Of a DNA stretch of 64,000 nucleotides, positions 9,954-19,702 are shown one piece after another. This stretch comes from a virus. The position numbers were made by a program, and so were the translations under genes. The notes beneath the pieces were generated by a model. The model was not told where the DNA came from. It was given only the letters and a program-made list of their open reading frames with translations, and ran no database searches. Each line of letters opens with the position of its first letter. The first letter of the stretch is position 1. The stretch is taken from IMG/VR virus record IMGVR_UViG_3300021142_002226, positions 1 through 64,000 of that record, one strand, 5' to 3'.

Positions 9954-10912
9954 CTCTTAAAATTATCTTCTTTAGATAATTTATTCAATAATTCAATTTC
10001 TTTATCGTTTACACCTATTGGCATTGTTGGTATAATTTCAACAAATAGATCTCCTTTTCCAGACATAGATTTCAAACCTCTTCCTGGAATTCTATATTTT
10101 TGTTTCAACTCACCATTTGATTTATATTTCATTTTAATATCACCATCAAAATGATTTATGATTGTATCACTACCAATTATAAAATTGACAAGTGGTACCT
10201 TTTTTTGATATAATAAATCTTGGCCAACAATTTTAAAATTAGGATCGTCAGTAACTTTCAATATAACAATTAAATCGTTATAGCTACCATTTTCTAATTG
10301 GTTACCTTTACCTTTCAAAAATATTTGATCTATGGTTAAGTTAAAATCAATGCTTTTCTTTTCACTGACATAATCTACAGTATATCCTTTACCAAAACAA
10401 GAACCACACATTTCAGCATAATCTGTATTACCATCTTCATCATTGATGTGTGTTTTTACAAATCCAACACCATTACATTTCGGACATTTTTTTCTACCAC
10501 CATTGGTTAATATTAATCTCTCATAATTTAATGTTGAAGTTTTGTTCAAATACAGATCTTTTAAAGAACACGTATAATATATTTTTTGTGCTGGTTGTCT
10601 ATTAGAAAAACCGAAAAGATCGTTTATATCAAATCCACCCATATTGGCACCAGAAAATGGGTTTGAGCCTCTAAAACCGCCCATAAATGGATTACCTTGT
10701 TGTGATTGTGGATTATCATATTTTTGTCTTTTTTGATCGTCTGATAATACCTCATAGGCCTCTGCAACTGCTTTAAATTTTTCCTCTGCGCCAGGTTCAC
10801 TATTTCTATCTGGGTGATATTGCATAGAAAGCTTTCTATAAGCTTTTTTAATATCATCTTTACTTGATTTTTTATCAACTCCAAGTATATTGTAATAATC
10901 TTTACGACTCAT
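9950..10912 (-). CDS. dnaJ: DnaJ-like co-chaperone with reduced zinc finger
   Basis: KDYYNILGV...YHPD J-domain, G/F linker, two CxxCxGxG repeats ([16 protein letters not shown]), C-terminal GKG/GDLFVEI domain. Confidence 0.93.
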   Translation of the reverse strand: MSRKDYYNILGVDKKSSKDDIKKAYRKLSMQYHPDRNSEPGAEEKFKAVAEAYEVLSDDQKRQKYDNPQSQQGNPFMGGFRGSNPFSGANMGGFDINDLFGFSNRQPAQKIYYTCSLKDLYLNKTSTLNYERLILTNGGRKKCPKCNGVGFVKTHINDEDGNTDYAEMCGSCFGKGYTVDYVSEKKSIDFNLTIDQIFLKGKGNQLENGSYNDLIVILKVTDDPNFKIVGQDLLYQKKVPLVNFIIGSDTIINHFDGDIKMKYKSNGELKQKYRIPGRGLKSMSGKGDLFVEIIPTMPIGVNDKEIELLNKLSKEDNFKS

Positions 10913-11545
10913 ATGTATAAAATAATTTTATATAATAACGGTAACCGAAAAAAATGTATGGGGTCATTTAGACTCTATACTGATGCTTTGAACAAATATA
11001 ATAAGATTTTGGATCAAAACCAAGTTTTTTTTCCAAAACAGTATATGTGGAATGGTGTTAAAACTGATTATGAATTAGTTTTAACTGCACCGAATACCAA
11101 TAATAAAAAGATTGAACATTTTAGAAATGAATTTGGTGCTTTAGTACACATAGTTCCAAAAGGTGATTTTGTTATAAAAAAAATTCAACCATATCTTGTT
11201 GAAGAAGAAATTACGCATAAGAATTCGGATACAAAACATGATTTTAAGTCTTTTATCAAAAATTTTATATTGAAGGATAATACAACCAAAGTAATTACAA
11301 CAATAAATAATAAATTGGTTATAGAATATTATGAGAATGATAATGTAGATCTTTTTATCCTTAAAAATAATTCAGATTCTATTAGATTAAATGACTTAAC
11401 AAGTAACTTTGTTCAAAGTAATTCTTTAGGAAATTTTATGTTTTTCAATGAACCAAGTAAAGATAATAAAATCAGATTATATGATAAGATTCAGGAACAA
11501 CTTGGTCTGGACAGACATTATCTTATAAAGATATCAACAAGATAA
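10913..11545 (+). CDS. Hypothetical protein (inverted relative to neighbours)
   Basis: 210-aa ORF filling the gap exactly. Confidence 0.75.
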   Translation: MYKIILYNNGNRKKCMGSFRLYTDALNKYNKILDQNQVFFPKQYMWNGVKTDYELVLTAPNTNNKKIEHFRNEFGALVHIVPKGDFVIKKIQPYLVEEEITHKNSDTKHDFKSFIKNFILKDNTTKVITTINNKLVIEYYENDNVDLFILKNNSDSIRLNDLTSNFVQSNSLGNFMFFNEPSKDNKIRLYDKIQEQLGLDRHYLIKISTR

Positions 11546-11773
11546 TTATTTTATTTTAAAGATAAACTTAATATCCAACAAAAGTAATTCGAAAGATTTT
11601 CTTGATGTATATTTATCTAAAGCAAATGTGTTATTTATTTTTTTAAAACATTCTTGTTGTAGTTGTTCGTGTTCAACTGGCTCCAGATAATATGTTATTT
11701 CAATACCAGGTCTGTAAAAATTATTAACCTTTTTTATATTTTTAGCAACAAGATATAAATCATCTAATCTCAT
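11546..11773 (-). CDS. Hypothetical protein
   Basis: 75 aa; ATGA overlap with the upstream gene. Confidence 0.7.
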   Translation of the reverse strand: MRLDDLYLVAKNIKKVNNFYRPGIEITYYLEPVEHEQLQQECFKKINNTFALDKYTSRKSFELLLLDIKFIFKIK

Positions 11774-11967
11774 AATACACTGAATAATTTTTTGAAGAAT
11801 CTTTTTATCTTATTATCTTTTTTTATTTGTGTATACACTTTAGCCATTTCAGAGTTATAATTAGTGTTTATTTCTGATGCTAATTTTTTTCTTAACATAA
11901 CGTCTTGGTATTTGTCTTTTGCAATTTCATTTTCAAAAGCACGTTTTTCATACTCATTTGAGGTCAT
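11770..11967 (-). CDS. Hypothetical protein
   Basis: 65 aa; overlaps neighbours in operon fashion. Confidence 0.7.
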   Translation of the reverse strand: MTSNEYEKRAFENEIAKDKYQDVMLRKKLASEINTNYNSEMAKVYTQIKKDNKIKRFFKKLFSVL

Positions 11968-12562
11968 AGTTCAAAGGTTCTTTTGTAATATAAATAGTGA
12001 AATCATCATGCAGATATCCTGTGATTAAATACACATTATCATAAACTTTTTTCAATTCCGTTAATACTTGGTATGGGTCAAAAGAATTAAATCCATATTT
12101 TTCAAATTCTTCATCATATAATAATAGATTAAACGCAAAACCTTTTTTTGATAAAGAATAAGCTTTACTAATCTTATTTGATATTTCTTCACCAGCTAAA
12201 TCAACAGTGAAAACACCAGAAGCAATAACCCAATCATATTCTTCATCAACATCTTCAATTTCATTTGTTATGAATGAATAGTTATTATATAACTCACAAG
12301 CTTTTTGTATATATTTGGGATTTATATCAATACCTGTGTAATTCACATTTAGATTTTTAGATTCTAAATAATCCACAAGATGACCTAAACCACAACCATA
12401 ATCAAGTATTTTATCACCATCTTTTACACCGACATTTAATAAAATAGCAAATCTTGTATATTGCTCTTCCTTAGAAGTCCATCCAACTTTTAAAGAACTC
12501 TTTGGATCGGTGGTTGTATCTATGTTAAAATATGTGTTATAAAAATCTACAATTGAACTCAT
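11954..12562 (-). CDS. Class I SAM-dependent methyltransferase
   Basis: ILDYGCGLG motif I, YTGIDIN motif II, YDWVIASGVF. Confidence 0.9.
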   Translation of the reverse strand: MSSIVDFYNTYFNIDTTTDPKSSLKVGWTSKEEQYTRFAILLNVGVKDGDKILDYGCGLGHLVDYLESKNLNVNYTGIDINPKYIQKACELYNNYSFITNEIEDVDEEYDWVIASGVFTVDLAGEEISNKISKAYSLSKKGFAFNLLLYDEEFEKYGFNSFDPYQVLTELKKVYDNVYLITGYLHDDFTIYITKEPLNYDLK

Positions 12563-12900
12563 AATTCTCTTTTTAAATTATCTTCTATTAAACATTGTAT
12601 TAGATAAACAAACCAAACAAAACCTACAACAGAAAAAGAATCAAATAATATTGAGTATATTATTTGAAATAGACTAATATCATCTATATTAGGTTCTGAA
12701 ATAATATATGTTAATGATGGTGAAAACTTTAGAAAAATAACACTAAATAAACCAACCCAAAAACTTGTGCACATCATGCAGTTAAGTAAATTATGGAAAA
12801 ATCCATTACTAAAATAATCTCTTAATGGCTTAAAAATTTTACTTTGTACTATTAATGTTGTTAAACCATAACAACCGATATAAAATATGATCAAACCCAT
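12559..12900 (-). CDS. DUF1360-like membrane protein with CxxC
   Basis: Three hydrophobic segments; LLNCMMCTSFWVG. ATG at 12900 preferred over the ORF-track start at 12945. Confidence 0.6.
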   Translation of the reverse strand: MGLIIFYIGCYGLTTLIVQSKIFKPLRDYFSNGFFHNLLNCMMCTSFWVGLFSVIFLKFSPSLTYIISEPNIDDISLFQIIYSILFDSFSVVGFVWFVYLIQCLIEDNLKREL

Positions 12901-12901
12901 T

Positions 12902-13333
12902 TTATTTATCATCATCTTTATTAACCGTAACTGGTGCGTTATCAATTTTTTTGCTAATCAACTTATCAGTGGTTAAATCAAATTTTAATGTTTTCAAATC
13001 ATTAAACTCAGTTTCCAGAAATATTCTTTTTAACTCATTCATTTTCTGTGCAAACAAATCTTGTTTCTTCTCAATCTCAAGATTGTATTCAATTATATTA
13101 GATACAATATTGAACAAATCAACAAATGTGGTTGTATTTGAATAAAGTATATAATATATTGTACCATCATCATTATCCTTTTGCTTTTTAAGGATAGTTT
13201 CTGAAGATACTTTATCCTCAGGTATAGCCCAATCCTTTTTAATCATAAAGTCGATAACCTTGAATTCTGAGCTATTGATTCTCAAACCAAAAATATTATC
13301 TGGATATTTTTTAAATAATTCATCTATGCTCAT
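12902..13333 (-). CDS. Hypothetical protein
   Basis: 143-aa ORF in operon. Confidence 0.75.
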   Translation of the reverse strand: MSIDELFKKYPDNIFGLRINSSEFKVIDFMIKKDWAIPEDKVSSETILKKQKDNDDGTIYYILYSNTTTFVDLFNIVSNIIEYNLEIEKKQDLFAQKMNELKRIFLETEFNDLKTLKFDLTTDKLISKKIDNAPVTVNKDDDK

Positions 13334-13533
13334 ATTCCAATTCCTTTTATTAGTGATGTTATTATAATAGATAATGATATTGCAATATACACCAAATCTT
13401 TTGACGTATACTTTAATTTCACAGGCTCTGGTTTTATAAAATTAGATATGAATATAAAACCATGCCTAAATATAACAAAACAAGAAAGAAAAAAAATTAC
13501 ATATAGTAATTTATTTAATATTAATTGTACCAT
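13330..13533 (-). CDS. Small two-TM membrane protein
   Basis: Two hydrophobic stretches in 67 aa. Confidence 0.65.
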   Translation of the reverse strand: MVQLILNKLLYVIFFLSCFVIFRHGFIFISNFIKPEPVKLKYTSKDLVYIAISLSIIITSLIKGIGI

Positions 13534-13570
13534 ATTTTTATTTTAAAAGTAAGAAATTAAATCCAGTAAG

Positions 13571-14083
13571 TCAAGTTTTGATATTAAAATATTTACTTTG
13601 GATCTTGTAGAGTTCGATAAATATGTCGTATTCTGACCTTGTTTTAATTTTGTCTATAGATATAATGTCAGACCAGAAATCACAAATTTTTGCCAGTAAG
13701 ATAGCGTCTTTGATTTCAGAATTGTAGAATATATCCACAAAATAGTTTAGGTGATAATAATAATGTTCTCCTTTTTCTTTGAACATTAATTTTTCCTTTT
13801 CGAATTCTTTTATTGTTTTATCCCAACACCATTTGAAATGTGTTGATATAAGTTCATCATTTATGATTATATCATCACCGAGGTATGTTTCATTGATAAG
13901 TTTAGCTAAAGAGATAGTAAAATCTCTAAATAACTCAACCTTTTCTATGCTTACACCGTTTAAATTATTCAAATAATTTAATTGATCATAAGTCAATGGC
14001 CTTGAGAAATAATCAATAAATTTATTTGCTGGTTTATGATTGTCCATATAAATAAATATGGACTTCTTTTTCAAGAAGTCCAC
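13571..14083 (-). CDS. Hypothetical protein
   Basis: 170-aa ORF, GTG start. Confidence 0.75.
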   Translation of the reverse strand: MDFLKKKSIFIYMDNHKPANKFIDYFSRPLTYDQLNYLNNLNGVSIEKVELFRDFTISLAKLINETYLGDDIIINDELISTHFKWCWDKTIKEFEKEKLMFKEKGEHYYYHLNYFVDIFYNSEIKDAILLAKICDFWSDIISIDKIKTRSEYDIFIELYKIQSKYFNIKT

Positions 14084-14108
14084 ATTATTTAAATAAACAT
14101 GTTTAGGT

Positions 14109-15806
14109 TTAGAATAGTTTTCTCATTCTTTCTATTTGCCTGTCGATTTTTTCGTTCAAATCACCACCACCTGGCTTCTTTTTACCACCTTTTGATTTAC
14201 CAGTAATACTTGTTTCTTCGTAAGGCTCATCTGTAACAATAAGTGGATTTGGTTTGAAGAACGAATCTCTTTGACCTTGATTAGCAATAGAAGCATTTAT
14301 TATAGCTTCACCTGTTTTCTTAGTGCTTTCGTGATCAACATTAGCTTCTTCACCTACCTTAGATACGTCACGTTTTCTTGAGTGGCCAGTTTTAACTTCC
14401 ATTTCAACTCTATCTTTATATGATTTTGGTACATCATTTTGGAAATCAAGATTCAAGTTATTAAAAGCACCCAAATATTGTTTGTCAATATCTTTTTGGT
14501 GATCGCTTTCCATGTCTGGATTGAATTTATAATTTACTCTATCTTCAGCTTTTTGCTGAACAGTCTTTTGACTATCCTCAGCGGCTTTCATACCATCTTT
14601 AGATTCTTTTGAAGACTTTTTGTTTTCAGCGTCAACATTCTTTCCTTTTTTAGGTGTGAACTTAGGAAGTTCATTTTCAGCCAAACCTAACAATGAAAAC
14701 TCAGGTTTTACCATAACGTCATGTTCAGCTGTTTCTGGTGTATTAACGCCAGATATTTCTTCACCTTCATAATATAAAGCAACCCCAGCAAGGTTTTGAT
14801 AACTCATAGTTATTTTATCTTGAATCCATGGCTCAAGATCAGCATCTGGTTGAATTTTATCTAAGATTTTTTCAACAAATTCTTGAATTTCATGCAATTT
14901 TGCTATTGACATATGACCTTCTGGTTCTTCATCTATTTGTTGTGTTAACATAGGTGAACCTTCCCAACCCTCTTTATTTAAAAACTTCTTAGCAAATGGA
15001 TCAGATTGACGCATATGCTGTGCGCTTACTGTATGTACATGACTTTCATCTGTACCTTCTTCTTTAATAGGTGCCATAGCCATTGATTCATCAGGTAATT
15101 CTTTAGTCTGGATATCTTTAATTAAACGACCAATCATTGGTTTTACATTATCAGGTATACTACCATGCATAATTTTATTACCTTTCTTGGTTACTGCTAT
15201 TTTAATATGGTTTCCATAATTATGAAAACTCAACATAGCATATGGAAATGGTTTTTCCCCACCATGTTGTACACTTTTTTCAATATGACCCTTTGTATTA
15301 TTACCAAAAGCATCAGCAATTTTATCAACCATTTGTTTGATCTCAGGTTGTACATGTTTTGCAAAAGTACCTGCCTGATTCATTGATTTAATACGGCCCA
15401 TATCATCGCCATTTTTTTCTTGATCAGGATACTTTAACATGGCGGTATTGTGAGCAGCATATTTTACTTCTGGTGATAATTCATCCATAGGTTCTTCTTC
15501 AAGAAAAGGACTATAATTTTCATCAGCCATGTCCTCATCCATTTCAGTAGATTCGTTCCAATTTTCATTGATCCATTCTCTTAAGTAAGAACCACATTCA
15601 TTTTGGCTCGACATGATAGATTCGTACATATCTTTACAGATATCATCATCTTCAAGCATAGCTGCGCAATGACCTTCATAGGTATCGCCTTCTTCAAGAG
15701 ATTCAGGTAAAAACCCCTCTTGTTGCATAACTTCATACATACATTCGTTCAAAGCTTCATTTGTAGCCATTTCACTCATGCAGTGTCTCATTGTTTCTAA
15801 ATTCAT
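14109..15806 (-). CDS. Acidic hypothetical protein, candidate protease-processed internal head/scaffold protein
   Basis: 565 aa, Glu/Met-rich N-terminus with many [LIM]-x-E motifs. Confidence 0.6.
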   Translation of the reverse strand: MNLETMRHCMSEMATNEALNECMYEVMQQEGFLPESLEEGDTYEGHCAAMLEDDDICKDMYESIMSSQNECGSYLREWINENWNESTEMDEDMADENYSPFLEEEPMDELSPEVKYAAHNTAMLKYPDQEKNGDDMGRIKSMNQAGTFAKHVQPEIKQMVDKIADAFGNNTKGHIEKSVQHGGEKPFPYAMLSFHNYGNHIKIAVTKKGNKIMHGSIPDNVKPMIGRLIKDIQTKELPDESMAMAPIKEEGTDESHVHTVSAQHMRQSDPFAKKFLNKEGWEGSPMLTQQIDEEPEGHMSIAKLHEIQEFVEKILDKIQPDADLEPWIQDKITMSYQNLAGVALYYEGEEISGVNTPETAEHDVMVKPEFSLLGLAENELPKFTPKKGKNVDAENKKSSKESKDGMKAAEDSQKTVQQKAEDRVNYKFNPDMESDHQKDIDKQYLGAFNNLNLDFQNDVPKSYKDRVEMEVKTGHSRKRDVSKVGEEANVDHESTKKTGEAIINASIANQGQRDSFFKPNPLIVTDEPYEETSITGKSKGGKKKPGGGDLNEKIDRQIERMRKLF

Positions 15807-15835
15807 ATTATATATAATTTATATTTTTATTTATT

Positions 15836-16333
15836 TTAATATTCGTATGATAAATATTCTTTTCTTATAATTTCTGCAATATATTCTGGTGTCTTTTTAG
15901 AAATATTAGCGATTTCACAAATTTGCTCATAGCAGCTTTCACACATATGTTCTTTCGACTCACCTATCAATTTAACAGGATGATCGATTGCACCTTGGCT
16001 ACAATATGGAAAAGACTGACATTTTGATTTAATTTGTATCAATTTACCTCCGTTCCACGATGGTTTAACAGTTTTATCAACATCGAACCATTCGTTTATA
16101 TCTTTTTGTGTAACTTTTGTACCATCAGTCTTATATAGAAATTCTGGACTTTTATAACCCTCACTTTCTTTCAAATATCCTTGTGGTGGGGTAACTATTT
16201 TACCGCCAGGAGAATTTTTTCTTTTGGGGTACATAATCCTTGAATTGAATGCACGTTTACTAACACCCATAAGTGGAACCTCGAAAGATCCACCTACAGA
16301 ACTTATAGTAGTATTTTCATTCAATTTATTCAT
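15836..16333 (-). CDS. Hypothetical protein (N-terminal LNE motif, Cys-rich C-terminus)
   Basis: MNKLNENTT; CQSFPYC and CESC. Confidence 0.7.
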   Translation of the reverse strand: MNKLNENTTISSVGGSFEVPLMGVSKRAFNSRIMYPKRKNSPGGKIVTPPQGYLKESEGYKSPEFLYKTDGTKVTQKDINEWFDVDKTVKPSWNGGKLIQIKSKCQSFPYCSQGAIDHPVKLIGESKEHMCESCYEQICEIANISKKTPEYIAEIIRKEYLSYEY

Positions 16334-16659
16334 TAGTTAGAAGAATTTTTTAAATCATTAGACCAGAAATTTCTTCTTGTCCATAGGTTTTTATACATTT
16401 GGATAAGAACATTTTTTGATATATCAACCATATGTTTTTCCAAATCTTTGTCATTTTTAATGGCTTCTTTAACCATTTTTTTAACTTTTTCGTTTATATC
16501 GCTGGTATTTGTCATACCTAAAAATTCTTTTATTTCCTTCTTTACAATAGACTTTACATCATCTTTTGTAACATTTGAACTTTCGTTTATAACTTCTTTA
16601 CCTTCGAGAACCTCTGAAAACCATTCGGTTAGTTGTTTGTCTGTTACTTTAACTTTCAT
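16333..16659 (-). CDS. Hypothetical protein
   Basis: 108 aa; TATTTAT at 16674..16680 upstream. Confidence 0.75.
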   Translation of the reverse strand: MKVKVTDKQLTEWFSEVLEGKEVINESSNVTKDDVKSIVKKEIKEFLGMTNTSDINEKVKKMVKEAIKNDKDLEKHMVDISKNVLIQMYKNLWTRRNFWSNDLKNSSN

Positions 16660-16681
16660 GACATTTATTTTATATAAATAT

Positions 16682-17509
16682 TTATTTTTTTCCGAAAGTG
16701 ATAAAATATCCTACACCTATACTTGGTGTGAACTTAAAACCTATTCCATTATTTTGTTGAACCGCTCCAACTGCTAAAGGTGTTATGCAAAGACCCCATC
16801 CAGCATGATATTTTTCTTTAACTGGCGGAGGACAAGGTTTGTTTTCTTGCCATGGTTTATCAAGTATTTCAGCGTTTCTAAAATTAAATTTCATCATTTT
16901 TTCTGAAATAGGGTTAGTTGCTTTACCTGTACTATCTACATAAAACGGAACTATTTTAGTTCTGGTGAATTTATTTTTAGGATCTTCGTATTGACTAATT
17001 ACAAAAGTAAAATTGAATCCAAAATTTTTAATCAAGGTTGTATCTGGAGAAATATCCAAAACATCATTGTTTTTATTGATCTTGAAAAATGAAACCCCAT
17101 CGATTGTTCTTACACTATCCCATGAATGAAATTCCAAACCATATTTCTTACTGATAGAATCATATTTTAATTTATTTAAAACCGTCATATCAACAGGAAC
17201 ATATTGTGGTTTAACAACAGTTATTTGTTTTGTTTTTGCTTCTTGTAATGCATCAACTTTGTCAACCATTTTAAATAACTCAGAATCAACTGTTGCCAAT
17301 TGTTCTTTAGTCGTTTTCAATTGAATTGTGCTATCTTTCATAGCCGCTAAGTTTTGATCAGCAATGTGTGTTGCCTCATTAAACTTATTTTCCAGTTGTT
17401 TTGCTTTATTGCATTGTTGTAATAATAAAGCAAAAAGAGCCACCATGACAACCACCATGATGACTTTGATATTTTTTAATAAAAGATTGATTAATGTAAT
17501 AATTCCCAT
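16682..17509 (-). CDS. Membrane-anchored/lipoprotein coiled-coil protein, spanin candidate
   Basis: Hydrophobic N-terminus ending LLQQC, coiled coil, aromatic amphipathic C-terminal strands (FKFTPSIGVGYFITF); ATG at 17509. Confidence 0.55.
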   Translation of the reverse strand: MGIITLINLLLKNIKVIMVVVMVALFALLLQQCNKAKQLENKFNEATHIADQNLAAMKDSTIQLKTTKEQLATVDSELFKMVDKVDALQEAKTKQITVVKPQYVPVDMTVLNKLKYDSISKKYGLEFHSWDSVRTIDGVSFFKINKNNDVLDISPDTTLIKNFGFNFTFVISQYEDPKNKFTRTKIVPFYVDSTGKATNPISEKMMKFNFRNAEILDKPWQENKPCPPPVKEKYHAGWGLCITPLAVGAVQQNNGIGFKFTPSIGVGYFITFGKK

Positions 17510-17510
17510 A

Positions 17511-18017
17511 TTATATATTTGTTTGCGAAATTTGTACCAAGTTGTTTCTACCAACTTGCGGATCATTATATGTTTTTATTAGTGTACCTATTAATGTCAT
17601 ATAATCTGGATTAATTTCGACATTACCAGGAATTAATTCAAGTTTAGGACTTTCTAACTTTGTATCAATAACAATATCCTTGATGAAATCAACACCAGGG
17701 TTTTTAATAGTTGCAGATGTTATGATAATTCTACCATTCATTACCTCAACATTAACAACATCCATTATTAGGCCAGATGCCTTAAGAAAAGCACCAACAC
17801 CTTCAATAACCTGATTTCTATATTCATCAGACATTTTGGAACCAGTGGAATTCTTCAAAAATCCTGTGGCTTTTACATCATTAAACGCAACCCTTTCACT
17901 ATTAGAACTCTGATCACCACTCATTGGATTTTGAGATTCTATACCCTCGTTCAAACCATTTTTCATTTTCCTTGTTATATTCAGAAAATGTTTCATCGAA
18001 TCGTATTCTCTACTCAT
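17511..18017 (-). CDS. Hypothetical protein
   Basis: 168 aa; NGLNEG motif near the N-terminus. Confidence 0.75.
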   Translation of the reverse strand: MSREYDSMKHFLNITRKMKNGLNEGIESQNPMSGDQSSNSERVAFNDVKATGFLKNSTGSKMSDEYRNQVIEGVGAFLKASGLIMDVVNVEVMNGRIIITSATIKNPGVDFIKDIVIDTKLESPKLELIPGNVEINPDYMTLIGTLIKTYNDPQVGRNNLVQISQTNI

Positions 18018-18612
18018 TAGATATTAAATTATTTGTTATATATTCAAAATCCATTGCTGGACTTAGATCATAATAATTTTTATTATAGTTACTTCTATTT
18101 AAAACTCCTTTAAAGGATTTTGGTCTTGTTATTGTGACGTTATTCCCAGTAAATTGTTTTTCAATAGAGTATCTATCACATAAATAGTTTAATAATTGCA
18201 ATAAAACCTCGATTTGTGGCTTTGTGTAGGTCGCCCAGTGCTTTTTATTTTTCCAAGAACGTTCAGTTATTTCATCATCATAAACATCACCTTTCCAATC
18301 AATAAAAACATTCTTTTTGATATCCTTTTCAACCCATCCAATATTTTCAAGACATATTATTATCGAATAATTGTCAGAATCCTCAAATGACATAAAATTG
18401 GTCACTAATTCTGGGTTAACATGTTGATAAACATCACCTTTACGAGAAATGGTATAATGAGGTATTCTATCGTATTTACCATTAAATCTTGACTGTAATT
18501 TGATAAAATGGTTTTCTAATATAGAAGATGTGTTACAAAGTATAATTTGTTTCTTCTTATGCTTTGTATCAAATAAATTTGAAAAATCATAATCTATATT
18601 GAAGTTAATCAT
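18010..18612 (-). CDS. Amidase_2 (N-acetylmuramoyl-L-alanine amidase)-fold protein with atypical Zn ligands
   Basis: QIILCNT, IPHYTISRKGDVYQHV, SIIICLEN, YTKPQIEVLLQLLNYLCDRY, YYDLSPAMDF. Confidence 0.75.
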   Translation of the reverse strand: MINFNIDYDFSNLFDTKHKKKQIILCNTSSILENHFIKLQSRFNGKYDRIPHYTISRKGDVYQHVNPELVTNFMSFEDSDNYSIIICLENIGWVEKDIKKNVFIDWKGDVYDDEITERSWKNKKHWATYTKPQIEVLLQLLNYLCDRYSIEKQFTGNNVTITRPKSFKGVLNRSNYNKNYYDLSPAMDFEYITNNLISNE

Positions 18613-19394
18613 TTAAAAACTCTGATTCTATCTAATATTTTATTTTTTTCTATTTGTTCTGGCGATAAATTTTCAATTTCTATGATTGGTTGTCCCTCAA
18701 CCTCATTTGTAACTTCATTTTCTTCTTCTGGTTCTGTTTGGTCAGCATATTGAGAATTAGCTAAAGCTGTTGGTTCATCTTCATATGTTTCACCAACGGC
18801 ATCCCTTTCAGCTCTTTTTTTAGCAACAGTTTCCATGATTTTTGCAAATTCCACCTCTTGGCCAGCTTTTATCATTGCATCATAATCATTTTTTGCCTCA
18901 ACTAATTCTGAAGATGGTTCAGGATAATTTTCATCATCTACCTCAATTTGAATTGTGTTTTCTTCTGGTCTTAAATAATCAACTAAAGATTTAATGAATC
19001 CAAGAGCCACAAGAGGTAATACTGCACCGCTAACAAGAGATAGTATTCTTTTTTGTTCGATAACTTCGTAATCAACCATACCGAATAACTCTATCCAACC
19101 TTGGTAATTTGCAAGGTGCATGTATGCATAATAGGTATTACCCATTGCTTGCATTAATGTTAACAAAATGAACAAAGACCATACTATGCCTTTGTTCATC
19201 TTTTTTAACGCTATTATTGAAGCTAATGATGCTGCTGCACCTACTTCAAAGGCTATTGCCAATGTTATAGCTAACCAATCTGGATTTGATAGTTTAAAAA
19301 ATTCAACCACATGGATAGTGGATATTGTACTTACTAAAGCGTACAATGTAACAAATACCCATATAATAAAATTTCTTGTTAACTTATTTTCCAT
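18609..19394 (-). CDS. Four-TM membrane protein with acidic tail (holin candidate)
   Basis: Four hydrophobic segments in the first ~140 aa; directly upstream of the amidase-fold gene. Confidence 0.55.
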   Translation of the reverse strand: MENKLTRNFIIWVFVTLYALVSTISTIHVVEFFKLSNPDWLAITLAIAFEVGAAASLASIIALKKMNKGIVWSLFILLTLMQAMGNTYYAYMHLANYQGWIELFGMVDYEVIEQKRILSLVSGAVLPLVALGFIKSLVDYLRPEENTIQIEVDDENYPEPSSELVEAKNDYDAMIKAGQEVEFAKIMETVAKKRAERDAVGETYEDEPTALANSQYADQTEPEEENEVTNEVEGQPIIEIENLSPEQIEKNKILDRIRVFK

Positions 19395-19681
19395 TATTTA
19401 CCGATTGTTTTTAGTTCTTTATCAATCTCAGACATACGGTTAACATCCATCATTTTTCTATCTGTAGATTGAATCATTCTTTTTTCAGATCTTAGACCTT
19501 CGGCTTGTATAGCTTTTATCATTTCTGTATTTAAACTATCGTTTTTAGCTTCAAGTCTAACAACTTCTTTTCTTAAGGTTTTTATATCAGATGAATTAGA
19601 ACATCCTTTGAACCATACTAAAATAAATAATACTAACACCCAAATATTAGTATTTTTAAGATACGTGATTAAATTTTTCAT
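19394..19681 (-). CDS. Small lipoprotein-like coiled-coil protein
   Basis: Hydrophobic leader ending WFKGC, then heptad pattern; TATTTAT at 19696..19702. Confidence 0.6.
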   Translation of the reverse strand: MKNLITYLKNTNIWVLVLFILVWFKGCSNSSDIKTLRKEVVRLEAKNDSLNTEMIKAIQAEGLRSEKRMIQSTDRKMMDVNRMSEIDKELKTIGK

Positions 19682-19702
19682 AAAAATGGTTTTATATAAA
19701 TA

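Noticed and set aside
14093-14104. Palindrome TAAACATGTTTA
   Set aside because: Single AT-rich occurrence; plausible by chance.
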